Program-made: the position numbers and the translations under genes
Assembly (NCBI GenBank): GCA_965250255.1
Contig: CBDFNP010000009.1
Coordinates: 127,722-191,721 of the forward strand
Direction: 5' to 3'
Source of the DNA: Rhizobiaceae bacterium
Lineage (GTDB): Bacteria; Pseudomonadota; Alphaproteobacteria; Rhizobiales; Rhizobiaceae
Length of the DNA: 64,000 nucleotides
Notes under the pieces: model-generated
Told to the model about the DNA's origin: nothing
What the model saw: the letters and a program-made list of their open reading frames with translations, nothing else
Databases searched by the model: none
In this document: piece after piece, positions 39,708 to 52,170 of the stretch
How the letters are laid out: each line of letters opens with the position of its first letter
Position numbering within the stretch: the stretch's first letter is position 1

Positions 39708-40046
39708 CTAGGTCCTGTCTTGCCAGCAAATAAAAACCGGGTTCGCTATCATTTCATGGACCGCGTGATGGGTTTTCTGCTCAATTTCTGATGAACCGGC
39801 ACTGAGGAGGTGTTCGTAAGCCGCGTCTAGCTGGGTACGATCTTTGAAGCTCATGATTGAATAATATTCAGGTTCGCATTCCCCTGCAGTATCCATGGGT
39901 GTGTTCTTGACCCGTTGGCCGATACCGCCTGACGATTCAACAAGTCCAAGATTGCGAACCGCTTCAATGAACCCAAAATAGGCTTTTTCAAATTCATCGA
40001 AAGCCACACCGGCTTTCAGATCGAATTTGCTGAGCATGTGTATCAT
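39708..40046 (-). CDS. small hypothetical protein (112 aa), co-oriented 4 nt upstream of the FAD oxidoreductase
   Basis: An ORF tightly packed against the next gene. I can assign no family with confidence. Confidence 0.45.
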   Translation of the reverse strand: MIHMLSKFDLKAGVAFDEFEKAYFGFIEAVRNLGLVESSGGIGQRVKNTPMDTAGECEPEYYSIMSFKDRTQLDAAYEHLLSAGSSEIEQKTHHAVHEMIANPVFICWQDRT

Positions 40047-40386
40047 GGCTGTCAGCGGCCTTTTTGCATATCAATAGAATATCCAGGGCAAGGAAGCTCT
40101 TCCCGCCATCGGATTTTACCCGGACAACTTTGATACCTGTTGAAGGTGTCTGCAACCCCTCCTTTCAAATTGTCAGAAAGTGAAGGCAATGCCAGCTTGA
40201 CTCATCTGTTTCAGCCAGCTTAACCTCTGTTTGGACGTTCTTATAATCAACCCTGATAGACAGAAACAAAGTTACCTGAAAATCAAATACTTACCCTTTT
40301 GATTGAACCATCAGCCAAGCAAATAACGGGAACACACAAATAGGGTCTGCTAACAGGGGAACGCATAAATGGGAGGAACCAACTAA

Positions 40387-41499
40387 ATGTGTATAAAGAA
40401 ACAATTGACGGCACTTGTTTGCGCAACAGCCGTTGGCCTGCTGATTGTCGGCCCGACAAACGCTGAAGACCGCGTTCTCAAGGTGACGAACTGGGCTGAA
40501 TACATTGGCGAAGAAACAATCGCTAATTTCGAAAAAGAAACCGGTATCAAGGTAATCTACGACAACTACGAGTCTGTTGAGGCCATTGATGCGAAATTGC
40601 TCGCAGGTGACAGCGGCTACGACGTAGTTTCTCATGCTGCTTCTCAGATTGCGCGCCTCATAACCGCGGGCGGCATCTTGCAGTCGATTGATCGTTCCAA
40701 ACTGGATAACTTCAAGCACATGGATACAGCCGTCCTTGGTCAGTTGTCCGGTAAATGGGATCCGGACAATCAATATATCGTTCCGTTCATGTGGGGTACG
40801 CATGGCGTAACTTACAACAAAGAGCTTGTTCTGGAGACATATCCTGACGCGCCTATCGGTTCGATGGACATGATCTTTGATCCAAAGCACATGAAGGAAT
40901 TGGCAAAGTGCGGTGTTTCCTTCCTTGATTCACCGACAGATATGATTCCGATGGCACTTGCTCATCTCGGATTGCCACCGGATTCCACCAACCGCGCGGA
41001 TTACGAAAAAGTTGGAGCGCTGTTGAAGGAAATCCGGCCTTACGTCAAAACCTTCGATAATTATGCATATCAGCGCATGCCGCAAAAGGAATTCTGTGTT
41101 TCAACAACCTGGGGACCAGATGGCCTGCTCGCAATGTCAGGTGCCAAAGAGGCAAATACCGGCGTCGTGCTCGACTTCTACCTTCCAAAGGGTGCTGGCA
41201 AATCAAACTTCTGGGTTGATGGTTGGGTGATCCCTGCCGACGCCAAGAATGTTGAGGACGCTCACCTGTTTCTCAACTATATGATGCGCCCGGAAGTGGC
41301 CGCCGGTGACAGTAACTACACTTGGTATGCGTCGGCAAACAGTGCAGCCAAACCGCTGATTGATGAAGCAGTGACCTCAAGTCCGGCAGCTTATCCAACT
41401 CCGGAAGCTGTGGCTGACATGTACACGCTTAATCCATTGCCACCAAAGGCCGAGAAGTTCCGTACCAGAACATGGACCGACTTCAAGGCAGGCAGCTAA
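40387..41499 (+). CDS. potF: polyamine (putrescine/spermidine) ABC transporter substrate-binding protein
   Basis: 370 aa. Signal peptide, then LKVTNWAEYIGEETIANFEKETGIKVIYDNYESVE, typical of PotF/PotD. Confidence 0.85.
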   Translation: MCIKKQLTALVCATAVGLLIVGPTNAEDRVLKVTNWAEYIGEETIANFEKETGIKVIYDNYESVEAIDAKLLAGDSGYDVVSHAASQIARLITAGGILQSIDRSKLDNFKHMDTAVLGQLSGKWDPDNQYIVPFMWGTHGVTYNKELVLETYPDAPIGSMDMIFDPKHMKELAKCGVSFLDSPTDMIPMALAHLGLPPDSTNRADYEKVGALLKEIRPYVKTFDNYAYQRMPQKEFCVSTTWGPDGLLAMSGAKEANTGVVLDFYLPKGAGKSNFWVDGWVIPADAKNVEDAHLFLNYMMRPEVAAGDSNYTWYASANSAAKPLIDEAVTSSPAAYPTPEAVADMYTLNPLPPKAEKFRTRTWTDFKAGS

Positions 41500-41512
41500 A
41501 TCTGCAGATTTT

Positions 41513-41551
41513 GTTGGCGGCGGGGTTTACTCTCCGCCAACACGTATTTTT
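41513..41551 (+). terminator. intra-operon hairpin plus T-tract after potF (GTTGGCGG/CCGCCAAC, then TATTTTT)
   Basis: Seen in the sequence. Its position suggests a partial terminator or attenuator that sets the binding-protein to transporter ratio. Confidence 0.45.
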
Positions 41552-41566
41552 CATTAAATTTATGAG

Positions 41567-42718
41567 ATGAGGTCCCCGATGGACGGTGCAAAAACCGCCG
41601 GTTGTACGTCATGGATAGACAGGGATGCGGAGCCATTGGTTCGCATTCGCGGGGTTACCAAAAAATTTGGAGAAGTCACCGCAGTAAACAATGTCGATCT
41701 TGATATTTTTCAAGGTGAGTTGTTTTGCCTTCTGGGAGGATCGGGTTGTGGCAAGACTACCCTTTTGAGAATGCTGGCAGGCTTCGAAGTTCCAACCACT
41801 GGTAACATCATCATTGATGGTGCAGACATGTCTGCCGTTCCACCCTATGAACGCCCGACCAACATGATGTTTCAGAGCTATGCGCTTTTTCCTCATATGA
41901 CAGTCGAGAAGAACATCGCATTTGGCTTGCAGCAGGATAATATTTCCCGATCCGAAATTGATGACCGGATCCACGATATCCTCTCTCTCGTCAAGCTTCA
42001 GGATTATAAGAAGCGCAAGCCCCAACAGCTTTCCGGCGGACAACGCCAAAGGGTTGCACTGGCGCGCGCACTGGTCAAAGAACCGAAACTTTTGCTGCTG
42101 GATGAACCGCTTGCAGCGTTGGATAAAAAACTGCGCAATCACACCCAGTTTGAACTGATGAATATTCAGGAGGAGGTTGGGGTCACCTTCATCGTAGTCA
42201 CCCATGATCAGGAAGAGGCGATGACCTTGTCAAGTCGGATCGCGGTAATGGATGCAGGTCAATTGGTGCAAATGGGAACACCAACCGAAATTTACGAATT
42301 TCCGGAGACGCGGTTTGTTGCTGATTTTATCGGGTCTGCCAATATCCTGGAAGGTCAGGTAATCGAGGACAGTCCCGATCATGTCAGGGTCTCAACTGAC
42401 CTGGGCGAAGTTTATATTGATCATGGGCAGTCAACCAAGGAAGGCAGTCAGGTCTGGGTCGCAATACGCCCGGAGAAATTTCAGATCAGCAAGAAATCCC
42501 CTGGTAAGGCAAAATACAATCAGGCGAAGGGTAAGGTCGACGATATCGGATATCTCGGCGATACTTCAATTTATAAAATCCGGCTGGAAAACGGTCAGAT
42601 TATTGATGTTACCGCGCCCAACCAGATCAGACCGAAGAGCAGAACACACGGCATCACCTGGGAGGATACGGTGTATCTCAGTTGGGAACCTTCCAGTGCA
42701 ATGTTGTTGAACGCATGA
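41567..42718 (+). CDS. potG: polyamine ABC transporter ATP-binding protein
   Basis: 383 aa. GGSGCGKTT, LSGGQRQR and LLLLDEP motifs, plus a C-terminal TOBE-like domain. Confidence 0.9.
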   Translation: MRSPMDGAKTAGCTSWIDRDAEPLVRIRGVTKKFGEVTAVNNVDLDIFQGELFCLLGGSGCGKTTLLRMLAGFEVPTTGNIIIDGADMSAVPPYERPTNMMFQSYALFPHMTVEKNIAFGLQQDNISRSEIDDRIHDILSLVKLQDYKKRKPQQLSGGQRQRVALARALVKEPKLLLLDEPLAALDKKLRNHTQFELMNIQEEVGVTFIVVTHDQEEAMTLSSRIAVMDAGQLVQMGTPTEIYEFPETRFVADFIGSANILEGQVIEDSPDHVRVSTDLGEVYIDHGQSTKEGSQVWVAIRPEKFQISKKSPGKAKYNQAKGKVDDIGYLGDTSIYKIRLENGQIIDVTAPNQIRPKSRTHGITWEDTVYLSWEPSSAMLLNA

Positions 42719-43677
42719 GCGAAATGTCCGAAAACCAGGCTGCTGAACCGATGGCTGCTGGTTCAGGAATATTCGAACAACTCAGCCGGCGTTTCCAAGC
42801 GGGCTGGAAATCAATTGTTCTGTTTCTTCCCTACATATGGTTGCTGGTATTCTTTCTGCTGCCATTTTTCATAGTTGCCAAAATCAGCCTCGCTGAAATC
42901 GTAATAGCCAGTCCACCATTCACAAAAATGATTGAGTGGACAGATGCCGGGGTGATGAACATCCGGCTGGTTTTTGACAACTACATCTACATCTTCAGCG
43001 ATAATCTGTACTATCGGACCTATTTCAACTCTTTGAAAATCTCGATCATCTCAACATTCATTTGCCTCTTGATCGGCTATCCCATGGCCTATGGCATTGT
43101 ACGATCAAGGCCGTTGGCAAAACGGCTGTTGTTGTTTGCAATCATACTGCCGTTCTGGACCTCTTTCCTGCTGCGTGTTTATGCTTGGATGGGATTGCTG
43201 GCAGACCGTGGAACCATCAATAATCTCCTGATTTCAATGGGTCTGATCGATGAGCCCATCCGAATGCTTTATACCGAGTTCGCAGTCTATGTCGGTATCG
43301 TCTATACCTATTTGCCTTTCATGATTCTGCCGCTCTACGCCAACATGGAAAAGCTGGATGCAGCTCTCAATGAAGCAGCAGCAGATTTAGGGTCGCGACC
43401 TACCAATACGTTCCTCAAGGTAACCCTGCCACTGACCATTCCAGGCATTATTGCCGGTTCTTTGTTGGTGTTCATTCCAGCGACTGGCGAGTATGTCATC
43501 CCGGACTTGCTGGGCGGCGGCAATGTGCTGATGATTGGACGCCTGCTTGTAAATGAGTTCTCAGCCAACACGGATTGGCCTGTTGCTTCTGCAGTCGCAA
43601 TTGTTCTCCTGTTCCTGCTGGTTCTTCCGATGACTGTGTATCAGTACTATCAGGGCGAAGCTGCGGAGGAGCGCTAA
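42715..43677 (+). CDS. potH: polyamine ABC transporter permease
   Basis: Start taken at ATG 42715 (ATGA overlap with the potG stop). Hydrophobic, PotH-like. Confidence 0.85.
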   Translation: MSEMSENQAAEPMAAGSGIFEQLSRRFQAGWKSIVLFLPYIWLLVFFLLPFFIVAKISLAEIVIASPPFTKMIEWTDAGVMNIRLVFDNYIYIFSDNLYYRTYFNSLKISIISTFICLLIGYPMAYGIVRSRPLAKRLLLFAIILPFWTSFLLRVYAWMGLLADRGTINNLLISMGLIDEPIRMLYTEFAVYVGIVYTYLPFMILPLYANMEKLDAALNEAAADLGSRPTNTFLKVTLPLTIPGIIAGSLLVFIPATGEYVIPDLLGGGNVLMIGRLLVNEFSANTDWPVASAVAIVLLFLLVLPMTVYQYYQGEAAEER

Positions 43678-43680
43678 ACC

Positions 43681-44523
43681 ATGTACAACAAACGCTCCCG
43701 TTTTTTATCCGTCATGCTCACTATTGGCCTGGGATTTTTCTATGTGCCGATGATCTTGCTGGTTATCTATTCGTTCAATTATTCGAAGCTGGTGCCGGTT
43801 TGGGGTGGCTGGTCTACGCGTTGGTATACGGTTCTTTTTAATTCTCCCGAGGTTTGGAGTGCGGTTACACTCAGCCTGGAAATCGCGGTCATAAACGCAA
43901 CCTTTGCTACCTTGTTGGGAACGCTCGCAGGTTTGGCAATGGTTCGTTTCGGGCGGTTTCGCGGGCGTACGCTATTTGGTGGAATGCTCGTCGCACCGCT
44001 GGTTATGCCTGAGGTTATTACCGGCCTGTCGTTGTTGGTTTTGTTCATTACGCTGAAACAAATAATTGGCTGGCCCGCAGAACGCGGCTTCACGACGATA
44101 ACAATCGCACACATAACTTTCTCTCTTGCTTATGTAGCGGTAGTTGTACAAGCCCGCTTGACCGGCATGGGACAAACGCTGGAAGAAGCAGCCCTTGATC
44201 TTGGTGCAAAACCCTTCAAGGTTCTAACAGCGATTACCCTTCCGCGTCTGGCGCCTGGTATGGTTGCGGGCTGGCTGCTTGCCTTTACCCTGTCACTGGA
44301 TGACCTTGTGATCGCAAGTTTTGTAACCGGCCCCGGTGCGAACACACTGCCAATCCTGATCTTCTCAAGAATTCGGTTGGGACTGCGCCCGGATATCAAT
44401 GCGCTCGCAACAATCATCATTCTGTTCGTTGCTGTTTGTGTCGCAATAGCAGCGATAATCATGTACCGCCAACAAAGAAGGCAGGAACTTGATGAAGCGA
44501 TAGCCGCCAGGGAAGTGCATTAA
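43681..44523 (+). CDS. potI: polyamine ABC transporter permease
   Basis: 280 aa hydrophobic protein following potH. Confidence 0.85.
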   Translation: MYNKRSRFLSVMLTIGLGFFYVPMILLVIYSFNYSKLVPVWGGWSTRWYTVLFNSPEVWSAVTLSLEIAVINATFATLLGTLAGLAMVRFGRFRGRTLFGGMLVAPLVMPEVITGLSLLVLFITLKQIIGWPAERGFTTITIAHITFSLAYVAVVVQARLTGMGQTLEEAALDLGAKPFKVLTAITLPRLAPGMVAGWLLAFTLSLDDLVIASFVTGPGANTLPILIFSRIRLGLRPDINALATIIILFVAVCVAIAAIIMYRQQRRQELDEAIAAREVH

Positions 44524-44526
44524 TGA

Positions 44527-45826
<1,300 letters not shown>

Positions 45827-47793
45827 ATACGGAATATTGTTCTGTTCATCCATCCTTTGATGACCCGCCGCATCCCAGTGCATCATTGTGGGATCAGCGC
45901 GATATCAAGGCTCATGCCCTTATGACAGAAAAGGTGCACGCGCATGGTGCGCTGGCTGGTGTGGAGCTTTGTTTGGGCGGTGCACGCATGGCCAACCTTG
46001 AAACTCGCGAGGTTTCAATGAGCGCTGTCAGCATGCCAAACCTTGCTGGCAATCCCTTTCAGACACGTGCAATGGATATTGCAGACATACGCGAGGTGAG
46101 GCGTTGGCATCGCAACGCTGCATTACGGGCGAAGGAAGCGGGATTTGACCTGGTTTATGTCTATGCAACGCATGGTTATATGCTTTCGCAGTTTCTTTCA
46201 CCCCGGATGAATACGCGGATTGACGAGTATGGTGGCTCGCTTGAAAACCGGGTGAGGCTGGTTCGGGAAATTATTGAAGACACAAAAGAAGCGGTCGGTG
46301 ACGCAATAGCGGTCGCGGTTCGTTTTTCTGCCGAAACCAATGGTGAAGGAGTTGGTGGCGATGGAATTCCGGTTCCGGGTGAAACCGAGGACATGTTCGG
46401 CATTTTGGGAGAGATGCCTGACCTTTGGGATATCAACGTCAATGACTATTCTCTGGAAATGGGCCCCTCGCGATTTGTCGGGGAAGGAGCACTGGAGCCT
46501 TATATCAAGGCCATAAAATCACTAACCTCAAAACCGGTTGTAAGTGTTGGCAGGTTCACTTCACCGGACACAATGGCAAGCCAGTTGAAAAGAGGGGTGG
46601 TGGATTTGATTGGCGCCGCCAGGCCCTCAATTGCTGACCCCTTCCTGCCCAAAAAAATTGAAGAGGGAAGGCTTGAGGATATCCGCGAATGCATCGGGTG
46701 TAATATTTGTTATATGGGCGACGGCAAGGGGACGCCAATTAGGTGCACACAAAATCCGACCATGAGTGAAGAATGGCGGCGTGGTTGGCATCCCGAAAAG
46801 ATCCAGAAAAAGAAATCAGATAACACCGTCCTTGTTATAGGCACCGGTCCCGCCGGGCTGGAAGCGGCACACTGCCTTGGCAAACGTGGATACCGTGTAT
46901 TGCTTGCAGAAGCCTCCTGCGAGCTTGGAGGGCGGGTTACGAAAGAGGCGCGGCTTCCAGGTTTAAGTGAATGGATCAGGGTTCGCGATTATCGGGTGCA
47001 GCAAATCGAACAAATGAGCCATGTTGAAATTTTCCGTGAAAGCAGAATGGGTGCAAAGCAGGCTCTGGAGGTGGGCGCTGATCATATTGCTGTTGCCACG
47101 GGTGCTTCCTGGCGGAGAGACGGCTACGGCGCAAATGCACTCGGTAACCTGCCGACGTTAAACCGTGATGCGAGGGTCTATACACCCGGCGACATCATGG
47201 CTGGAGCGACACTGGATGGCCCGGTAATCATTTACGATGATGATCACTATTATATGGCAAGCGTGATAGCAGAGCTTGTTCGTGCATCCGGCGTGCCGGT
47301 TAAGCTGATTACTCCAGGTGACACGATATCGAGCTGGGGTTCGTACACCTGTGACCGCTGGCGGGCCCAGACCAGATTGATGAAAATCGGTGTGGAGTTG
47401 GTTGTCTCCCAAAGCCTGAGCAGATTTGATGGATCGCAAGCAACGTTCAAATCCACCTATACGGGAACAGAAAAAACTCACGATTGTTCATCGCTCGTTC
47501 TTGTAACCTCGCGTCAACCCGATGACGGCCTGTATTTTGAACTGGATGCATTACAGCAAAACGATGCCACCCAAAAACTGAAGTCCCTCAAGAGAATAGG
47601 GGATTGTGAAGCACCTGCAATCATTGCGGCTGCAGTATATTCCGGTCATCGTTATGCGCGCCATCTCGAAGAAACAATCGACGCAGATAATCCACTAAAA
47701 CATGATCGGGTATTTTTTAATGATGTCTGAGGAATACGGATCCTCTATTGGCAGGGAATTGAGCAGTGAAATACAATTCATCATATCTGCATT

Positions 47794-48780
47794 TCAGGAA
47801 TTTCGTTCGGCGATCTGTTTTGCCTTTTCCACCAGAACTTCAGCTTGCCTGATCGATGCATAGTCAATCAGCCGACCATCCAGAGAGACCGCACCCTTGC
47901 CGGCTTTTTCGGCGTCCTCCATGGCAACAAGAATACGTTGTGCCCTGTCAATTTCAGCGTCACCCGGGCTCATCGCCGCATTTGCCAGCTTGATCTGTGA
48001 GGGATGTATGGCCCATTTTCCCTCGCACCCCAAAGCAGCGGCCCGACCTGCGGCGGCATTGTACCCATCGGGATCGGAAAAGTCTCCAAAAGGTCCGTCG
48101 AGAGGGCGCAGTCCGTTGGCACGCGCCGCAATTACCATCTTTGACAACCCGTGATGCCACATGTCTCCCCAATGCGTTTGCCGTGTACCGGCATCATCCA
48201 ATGGGTCGGTCAAAACTGAATAGTTTTGATTTACACCACCAATGATTGTTGTTCTCGCCCGAACAGAAGCAGCATAGTCCGCAACACCAAAATGAAGCGA
48301 TTCATTTCGTGGACTTGCCGCAGCAATTTCGTTGACGTTTTGCATTCCAAGCGCGGTTTCAATGATCAGTTCAAACCCGATACGCTTTTTGAGGCCCACC
48401 GCATCTTCAACCTGTGTAACAAGCATATCAAGCGCATATACGTCAGATGCAGTGCCCACTTTTGGGATCATGATCAAGTCAAGATGCGCGCCTGCCTGCT
48501 CGATAACATCAACAACATCACGATACATGTAATGCGTATCAAGTCCGTTGATACGCACTGATGTCGCTTTTGTATTCCAGTCGATGTCATTTAGACCCTG
48601 AATGATATTTGAACGCGCTCCTTCTTTTTCATCGGGAGCAACCGCATCTTCCAAATCCAGAAATACCACGTCGACTTCAGATTGTGCCGCTTTTTCAAAC
48701 ATTTGAGGTTGGCTACCAGGAACTGCCAATTCGCTGCGGTTAAGTCTGGCTGGCGCCTGTTGAATGGTATGAAAGCTCAT
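47794..48780 (-). CDS. mcl: L-malyl-CoA/beta-methylmalyl-CoA lyase (HpcH/HpaI aldolase fold)
   Basis: MSFHTIQQAPARLNRSELAVPGSQPQMFEKAAQSEVDVVFLDLEDAVAPDEK... closely resembles Mcl/MclA. The ORF track extends to 48810. Confidence 0.85.
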   Translation of the reverse strand: MSFHTIQQAPARLNRSELAVPGSQPQMFEKAAQSEVDVVFLDLEDAVAPDEKEGARSNIIQGLNDIDWNTKATSVRINGLDTHYMYRDVVDVIEQAGAHLDLIMIPKVGTASDVYALDMLVTQVEDAVGLKKRIGFELIIETALGMQNVNEIAAASPRNESLHFGVADYAASVRARTTIIGGVNQNYSVLTDPLDDAGTRQTHWGDMWHHGLSKMVIAARANGLRPLDGPFGDFSDPDGYNAAAGRAAALGCEGKWAIHPSQIKLANAAMSPGDAEIDRAQRILVAMEDAEKAGKGAVSLDGRLIDYASIRQAEVLVEKAKQIAERNS

Positions 48781-48852
48781 GATGCTGCTCCGTAAGAATC
48801 CGAGGGTCATTTTGAAGCGGATATGGGGATATACGATCAGCTGTTGTCAAGC

Positions 48853-48936
48853 GTAAATTTACAAGAATGGTTTTTGAAAAATCCAGACATTACAAAAGTT
48901 ACAAAAGTGAAATGTGTAAATTACAAAGCGTACAAG
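48853..48936. promoter_or_regulatory. array of five (T)TACAA(A)G motifs, including the palindrome GTAAATTTAC, in the mcl / mtk divergent region
   Basis: Motifs read at about 48858, 48891, 48900, 48921 and 48931. No cognate regulator was identified. Confidence 0.3.
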
Positions 48937-49014
48937 TTTACTAAGAATGCCGTGCAATTCGATCGCGAATGCGTACCAATCACGAACAACAACATAGCTG
49001 GTGGAGTGTGAAAG

Positions 49015-49470
49015 ATGCATATGAATTCAGATCGAAACACAATGTACAATAATTTTAGTGTAGCCGCTGCCAGGCATCTTGTTCCGCACGAAATACAAAG
49101 TGGCACAAAATTCCCTCACAGCCATGTAATTGACTTGCGTTGCGATGGACCAAGTGAAAGTCGCGCTATTGAAGAAGAAGTTCTCAAGCGCCTTGCCAAC
49201 CATCATATCAGCTACCAGCAATTGCCTTTTGACAGTGATACCTCAGCCGGAAACGCAGAAAAATCTCTTCTCGAATTGATAATACAGAAGCGTGGTGAAG
49301 TTCTTGTAGTCACAGATCAGGTCTCCCGGATTGCGGATTTTTGCCAACGCCTGAACATTCCATTCAACTCAAAGTCTTTCTATATCGTCGAGACCGGGAA
49401 GGGCGACATGATCCGGCATGTGCCGGCCGCCCCGGTTTTCAAAACCAGTTTCGGAAATTTCGCGAGCTAA
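49015..49470 (+). CDS. hypothetical protein (151 aa) between mcl and mtkA
   Basis: An ORF in the correct orientation ahead of mtkA. It has a weak resemblance to DUF442/phosphatase-like folds only. Confidence 0.4.
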   Translation: MHMNSDRNTMYNNFSVAAARHLVPHEIQSGTKFPHSHVIDLRCDGPSESRAIEEEVLKRLANHHISYQQLPFDSDTSAGNAEKSLLELIIQKRGEVLVVTDQVSRIADFCQRLNIPFNSKSFYIVETGKGDMIRHVPAAPVFKTSFGNFAS

Positions 49471-49524
49471 TACAGTGTTCACATCCTTGATGTGAAGCGG
49501 CTCAGGTTTCAGGTGGAGCAGAAA

Positions 49525-50724
49525 ATGGATATACACGAATATCAGGCCAAGGAAATTCTTCAGCGTTTCGGTATTAAAATACCGCCGGGTGGTCTTGCTT
49601 ACAGTCCCGAACAGGCGACTTACCGCGCCCATGAAATCGGCGGCGAGAAGTGGGTTGTGAAAGCACAAGTCCATACCGGAGGCCGAGGAAAGGCCGGTGG
49701 CGTTAAGGTCTGCACGAACGAGCATGAAGTGTTTGATGAAGCCAACGAAATGTTCGGCAAAAAACTGGTCACGCCTCAATCAGGACCAGCAGGAAAGGTC
49801 GTTTACCGGGTATATATTGAAGGCGGTGTGGAAATTGAACGCGAGCTTTATCTAGGCTTTGTTCTTGACCGGTCCAGCGAACGCATCATGGTTGTAGCTT
49901 CGCGTTCCGGTGGTATGGAAATCGAAGAGATTGCAGAAGATGAACCGGACAGCATCATTAGAAGTATCATTGATCCAGCCGTTGGTCTGTCGGAATTTCA
50001 GGCACGTGAGATTGCCTTTAAGCTTGATATGGAGGCCTCTCAGATCCCACAAACCGTAGCGACCATTAAAGGATGCTATCGGGCTTTTCGCGACCTTGAC
50101 GCAACCATGGTGGAAATAAATCCCCTGGTTGTCACAAGTGATGGTTCGATCATGGCGCTTGATGCCAAAATGGGCTTTGATGATAACGCCATGTTCCGCA
50201 GGCCGGAAATTTCGGAGTTCCGGGACAAAAGCCAGGAAGACGCACGCGAGACAAGAGCTGCGGACCGTGGATTAAGTTATGTCGGCCTTGAAGGCAACAT
50301 CGGCTGTATTGTGAACGGTGCTGGCCTTGCAATGGCAACCATGGACATGATCAAGCTTGCTGGTGGTGAGCCTGCGAATTTTCTGGACATTGGCGGTGGT
50401 GCCTCACCTGAGCGCGTTGCCAAGGCATTCAGACTTGTCCGTTCTGATGAAAATGTAGATGCGATACTCGTCAATATATTTGCCGGCATAAACCGTTGCG
50501 ACTGGGTTGCGGAAGGTGTGGTTCAGGCCCTGGAAGCCAATCCACTTGATATTCCGGTGATTGTTCGCCTTGCAGGAACAAACGTCGAAAGGGGCCGGGA
50601 AATACTGGTTGAAAGCGGCGTGTCTGTTATCATGGCATCAACATTGGCCGAAGCGGCTGAAAAAGCAGTTGGCTGTTGCGCAGAAAATCCGGATAAAGTT
50701 ACAAAATTGGCAGAAGCGTCATGA
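49525..50724 (+). CDS. mtkA: malate--CoA ligase (malate thiokinase) beta subunit
   Basis: [12 protein letters not shown]..., [20 protein letters not shown]. This matches the MtkA pattern rather than SucC and sits next to mcl. The ORF track starts at 49492. Confidence 0.8.
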   Translation: MDIHEYQAKEILQRFGIKIPPGGLAYSPEQATYRAHEIGGEKWVVKAQVHTGGRGKAGGVKVCTNEHEVFDEANEMFGKKLVTPQSGPAGKVVYRVYIEGGVEIERELYLGFVLDRSSERIMVVASRSGGMEIEEIAEDEPDSIIRSIIDPAVGLSEFQAREIAFKLDMEASQIPQTVATIKGCYRAFRDLDATMVEINPLVVTSDGSIMALDAKMGFDDNAMFRRPEISEFRDKSQEDARETRAADRGLSYVGLEGNIGCIVNGAGLAMATMDMIKLAGGEPANFLDIGGGASPERVAKAFRLVRSDENVDAILVNIFAGINRCDWVAEGVVQALEANPLDIPVIVRLAGTNVERGREILVESGVSVIMASTLAEAAEKAVGCCAENPDKVTKLAEAS

Positions 50725-51611
50725 GCATCTTGATAAACAAAAATACGCCGGTCCTGGTCCAGGGAATTACTGGAAGAATTGGCACGTTCCACGCCCGCGA
50801 AATGATTGATTACGGTACAAATGTAGTCGGTGGCGTTGTCCCGGGCCGAGGCGGAGAAACAGCGCTTGGCGTGCCCGTATTCAATACAGTGAAGGAAGCT
50901 GTTGGAGAGACCGGTGCGACAGCGACACTTGTTATTGTTCCGCCTCCCTTTGCAGCTGATTCCATTATGGAAGCTGCAGATGCCGGCATTGAACTGGCAG
51001 TTTCAATTACCGATGGTATCCCTGCCCAGGACATGATGAAGGTTAAACGTTACATGCGGCGCTATCGAGAAAACAAACGCATGAGACTTTTGGGCCCAAA
51101 TTGTGCCGGCATCATCACGCCCGGGGAGGCGCTTGCAGGCATTATGCCGGGGCATATTTACCTGCCGGGGAATGTTGGCATTGTTGGAAGGTCGGGAACG
51201 CTGGGATATGAGGCTGCTGCCCAAATGAAGGAGCTTGGCATCGGTGTATCAACCAGTGTGGGCATCGGTGGAGACCCGATTAACGGAAGCTCATTCAAAG
51301 ACATTTTGCAGCTGTTTGAGCAAGATGATGCAACATCTGCAGTTGTCATGATCGGTGAAATTGGCGGGCCACAGGAAGCTGAAGCTGCAGAATTTATCAA
51401 GGACCACATGACCAAACCGGTGATTGCCTATGTTGCCGGCCTGACCGCACCCAAGGGCAAACGCATGGGGCATGCAGGTGCAATTATTTCAGCGTTTGGT
51501 GAGAGCGCCCCTGAAAAGGTAGAGCTTCTGCGCGATGTCGGGGCTGTTATTGCCCCAACACCATCTGAAATTGGTACAACGGTCGGCGATGCATTGCGAA
51601 AAGCGGCCTGA
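50721..51611 (+). CDS. mtkB: malate--CoA ligase alpha subunit
   Basis: [25 protein letters not shown]...MGHAGAII, MtkB/SucD fold. ATGA overlap with mtkA. Confidence 0.8.
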   Translation: MSILINKNTPVLVQGITGRIGTFHAREMIDYGTNVVGGVVPGRGGETALGVPVFNTVKEAVGETGATATLVIVPPPFAADSIMEAADAGIELAVSITDGIPAQDMMKVKRYMRRYRENKRMRLLGPNCAGIITPGEALAGIMPGHIYLPGNVGIVGRSGTLGYEAAAQMKELGIGVSTSVGIGGDPINGSSFKDILQLFEQDDATSAVVMIGEIGGPQEAEAAEFIKDHMTKPVIAYVAGLTAPKGKRMGHAGAIISAFGESAPEKVELLRDVGAVIAPTPSEIGTTVGDALRKAA

Positions 51612-51731
51612 TCCCGCTTCCTGCTGAATGCAGAATTTATACCAAAGGAACTTGGAATTATCTGTAGAAGTTCAGATTTGATCTGCCAGTTTGCCGTTGC
51701 TATGCGAGCGCAAAGCGAGCCGGACTTATGC

Positions 51732-51807
51732 CCGCCCTCACTCACCCCTGCCTAAACCACCCGAAAACGGTATCATCATGGGCGGTTTGGGCGGGGGTGA
51801 GGGCCGG
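51732..51807. repeat. long imperfect GC-rich inverted repeat (REP-like hairpin) at the core/island boundary
   Basis: CCGCCCTCACTCACCCCTGCCTAAACCACCC ... GGGCGGTTTGGGCGGGGGTGAGGGCCGG. It may terminate mtkB. Confidence 0.5.
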
Positions 51808-51939
51808 ATAGAGACTTTTCTGGATAGATACTAATTAAGCACTCCGAGGGAGGTGAATAAATTAAGTTTAAATTTATCAAAGCTTTGAAGCTGGTAAAGA
51901 GTTGCTATCATACCCCCCTCTCGCTTCTATAATACTTCG

Positions 51940-52170
51940 CTATATCGGCTCCTGAAGGAGGATCCCCCTTGGCAAAGAATCTAGAGAAGATAGTTCTTTG
52001 CGTAATTTCATAAGAACTTCCTCTATAAATACTGCTCCTTCAATCGTAGATCTGCAAATGTTTTCGCTATACCATACCGGTATAGACCATGCCGGTCTAG
52101 TTGTGCCGTCGACAATAACGCGCTGATGTGGAATAATGTTAGTTGCATGCAGGCCCAGAATTTTGGCCAA
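51940..52170 (-). CDS. small ORF with a possible AlpA/excisionase-like HTH (very tentative)
   Basis: ...FSELAKILGLHATNIIPHQRVIVDGTTRPAWSIPVWYSENI... loosely resembles island/prophage Xis/AlpA DNA-binding domains. TTG start. Confidence 0.25.
   Translation of the reverse strand: MAKILGLHATNIIPHQRVIVDGTTRPAWSIPVWYSENICRSTIEGAVFIEEVLMKLRKELSSLDSLPRGILLQEPI

Noticed and set aside
51612-51940. A tRNA or tmRNA gene as the island integration site at the core/island boundary.
   Set aside because: I could not fold any cloverleaf or find a T-loop (GTTCxAnnC) or anticodon-arm pattern here. Only the REP-like GC-rich hairpin is present.
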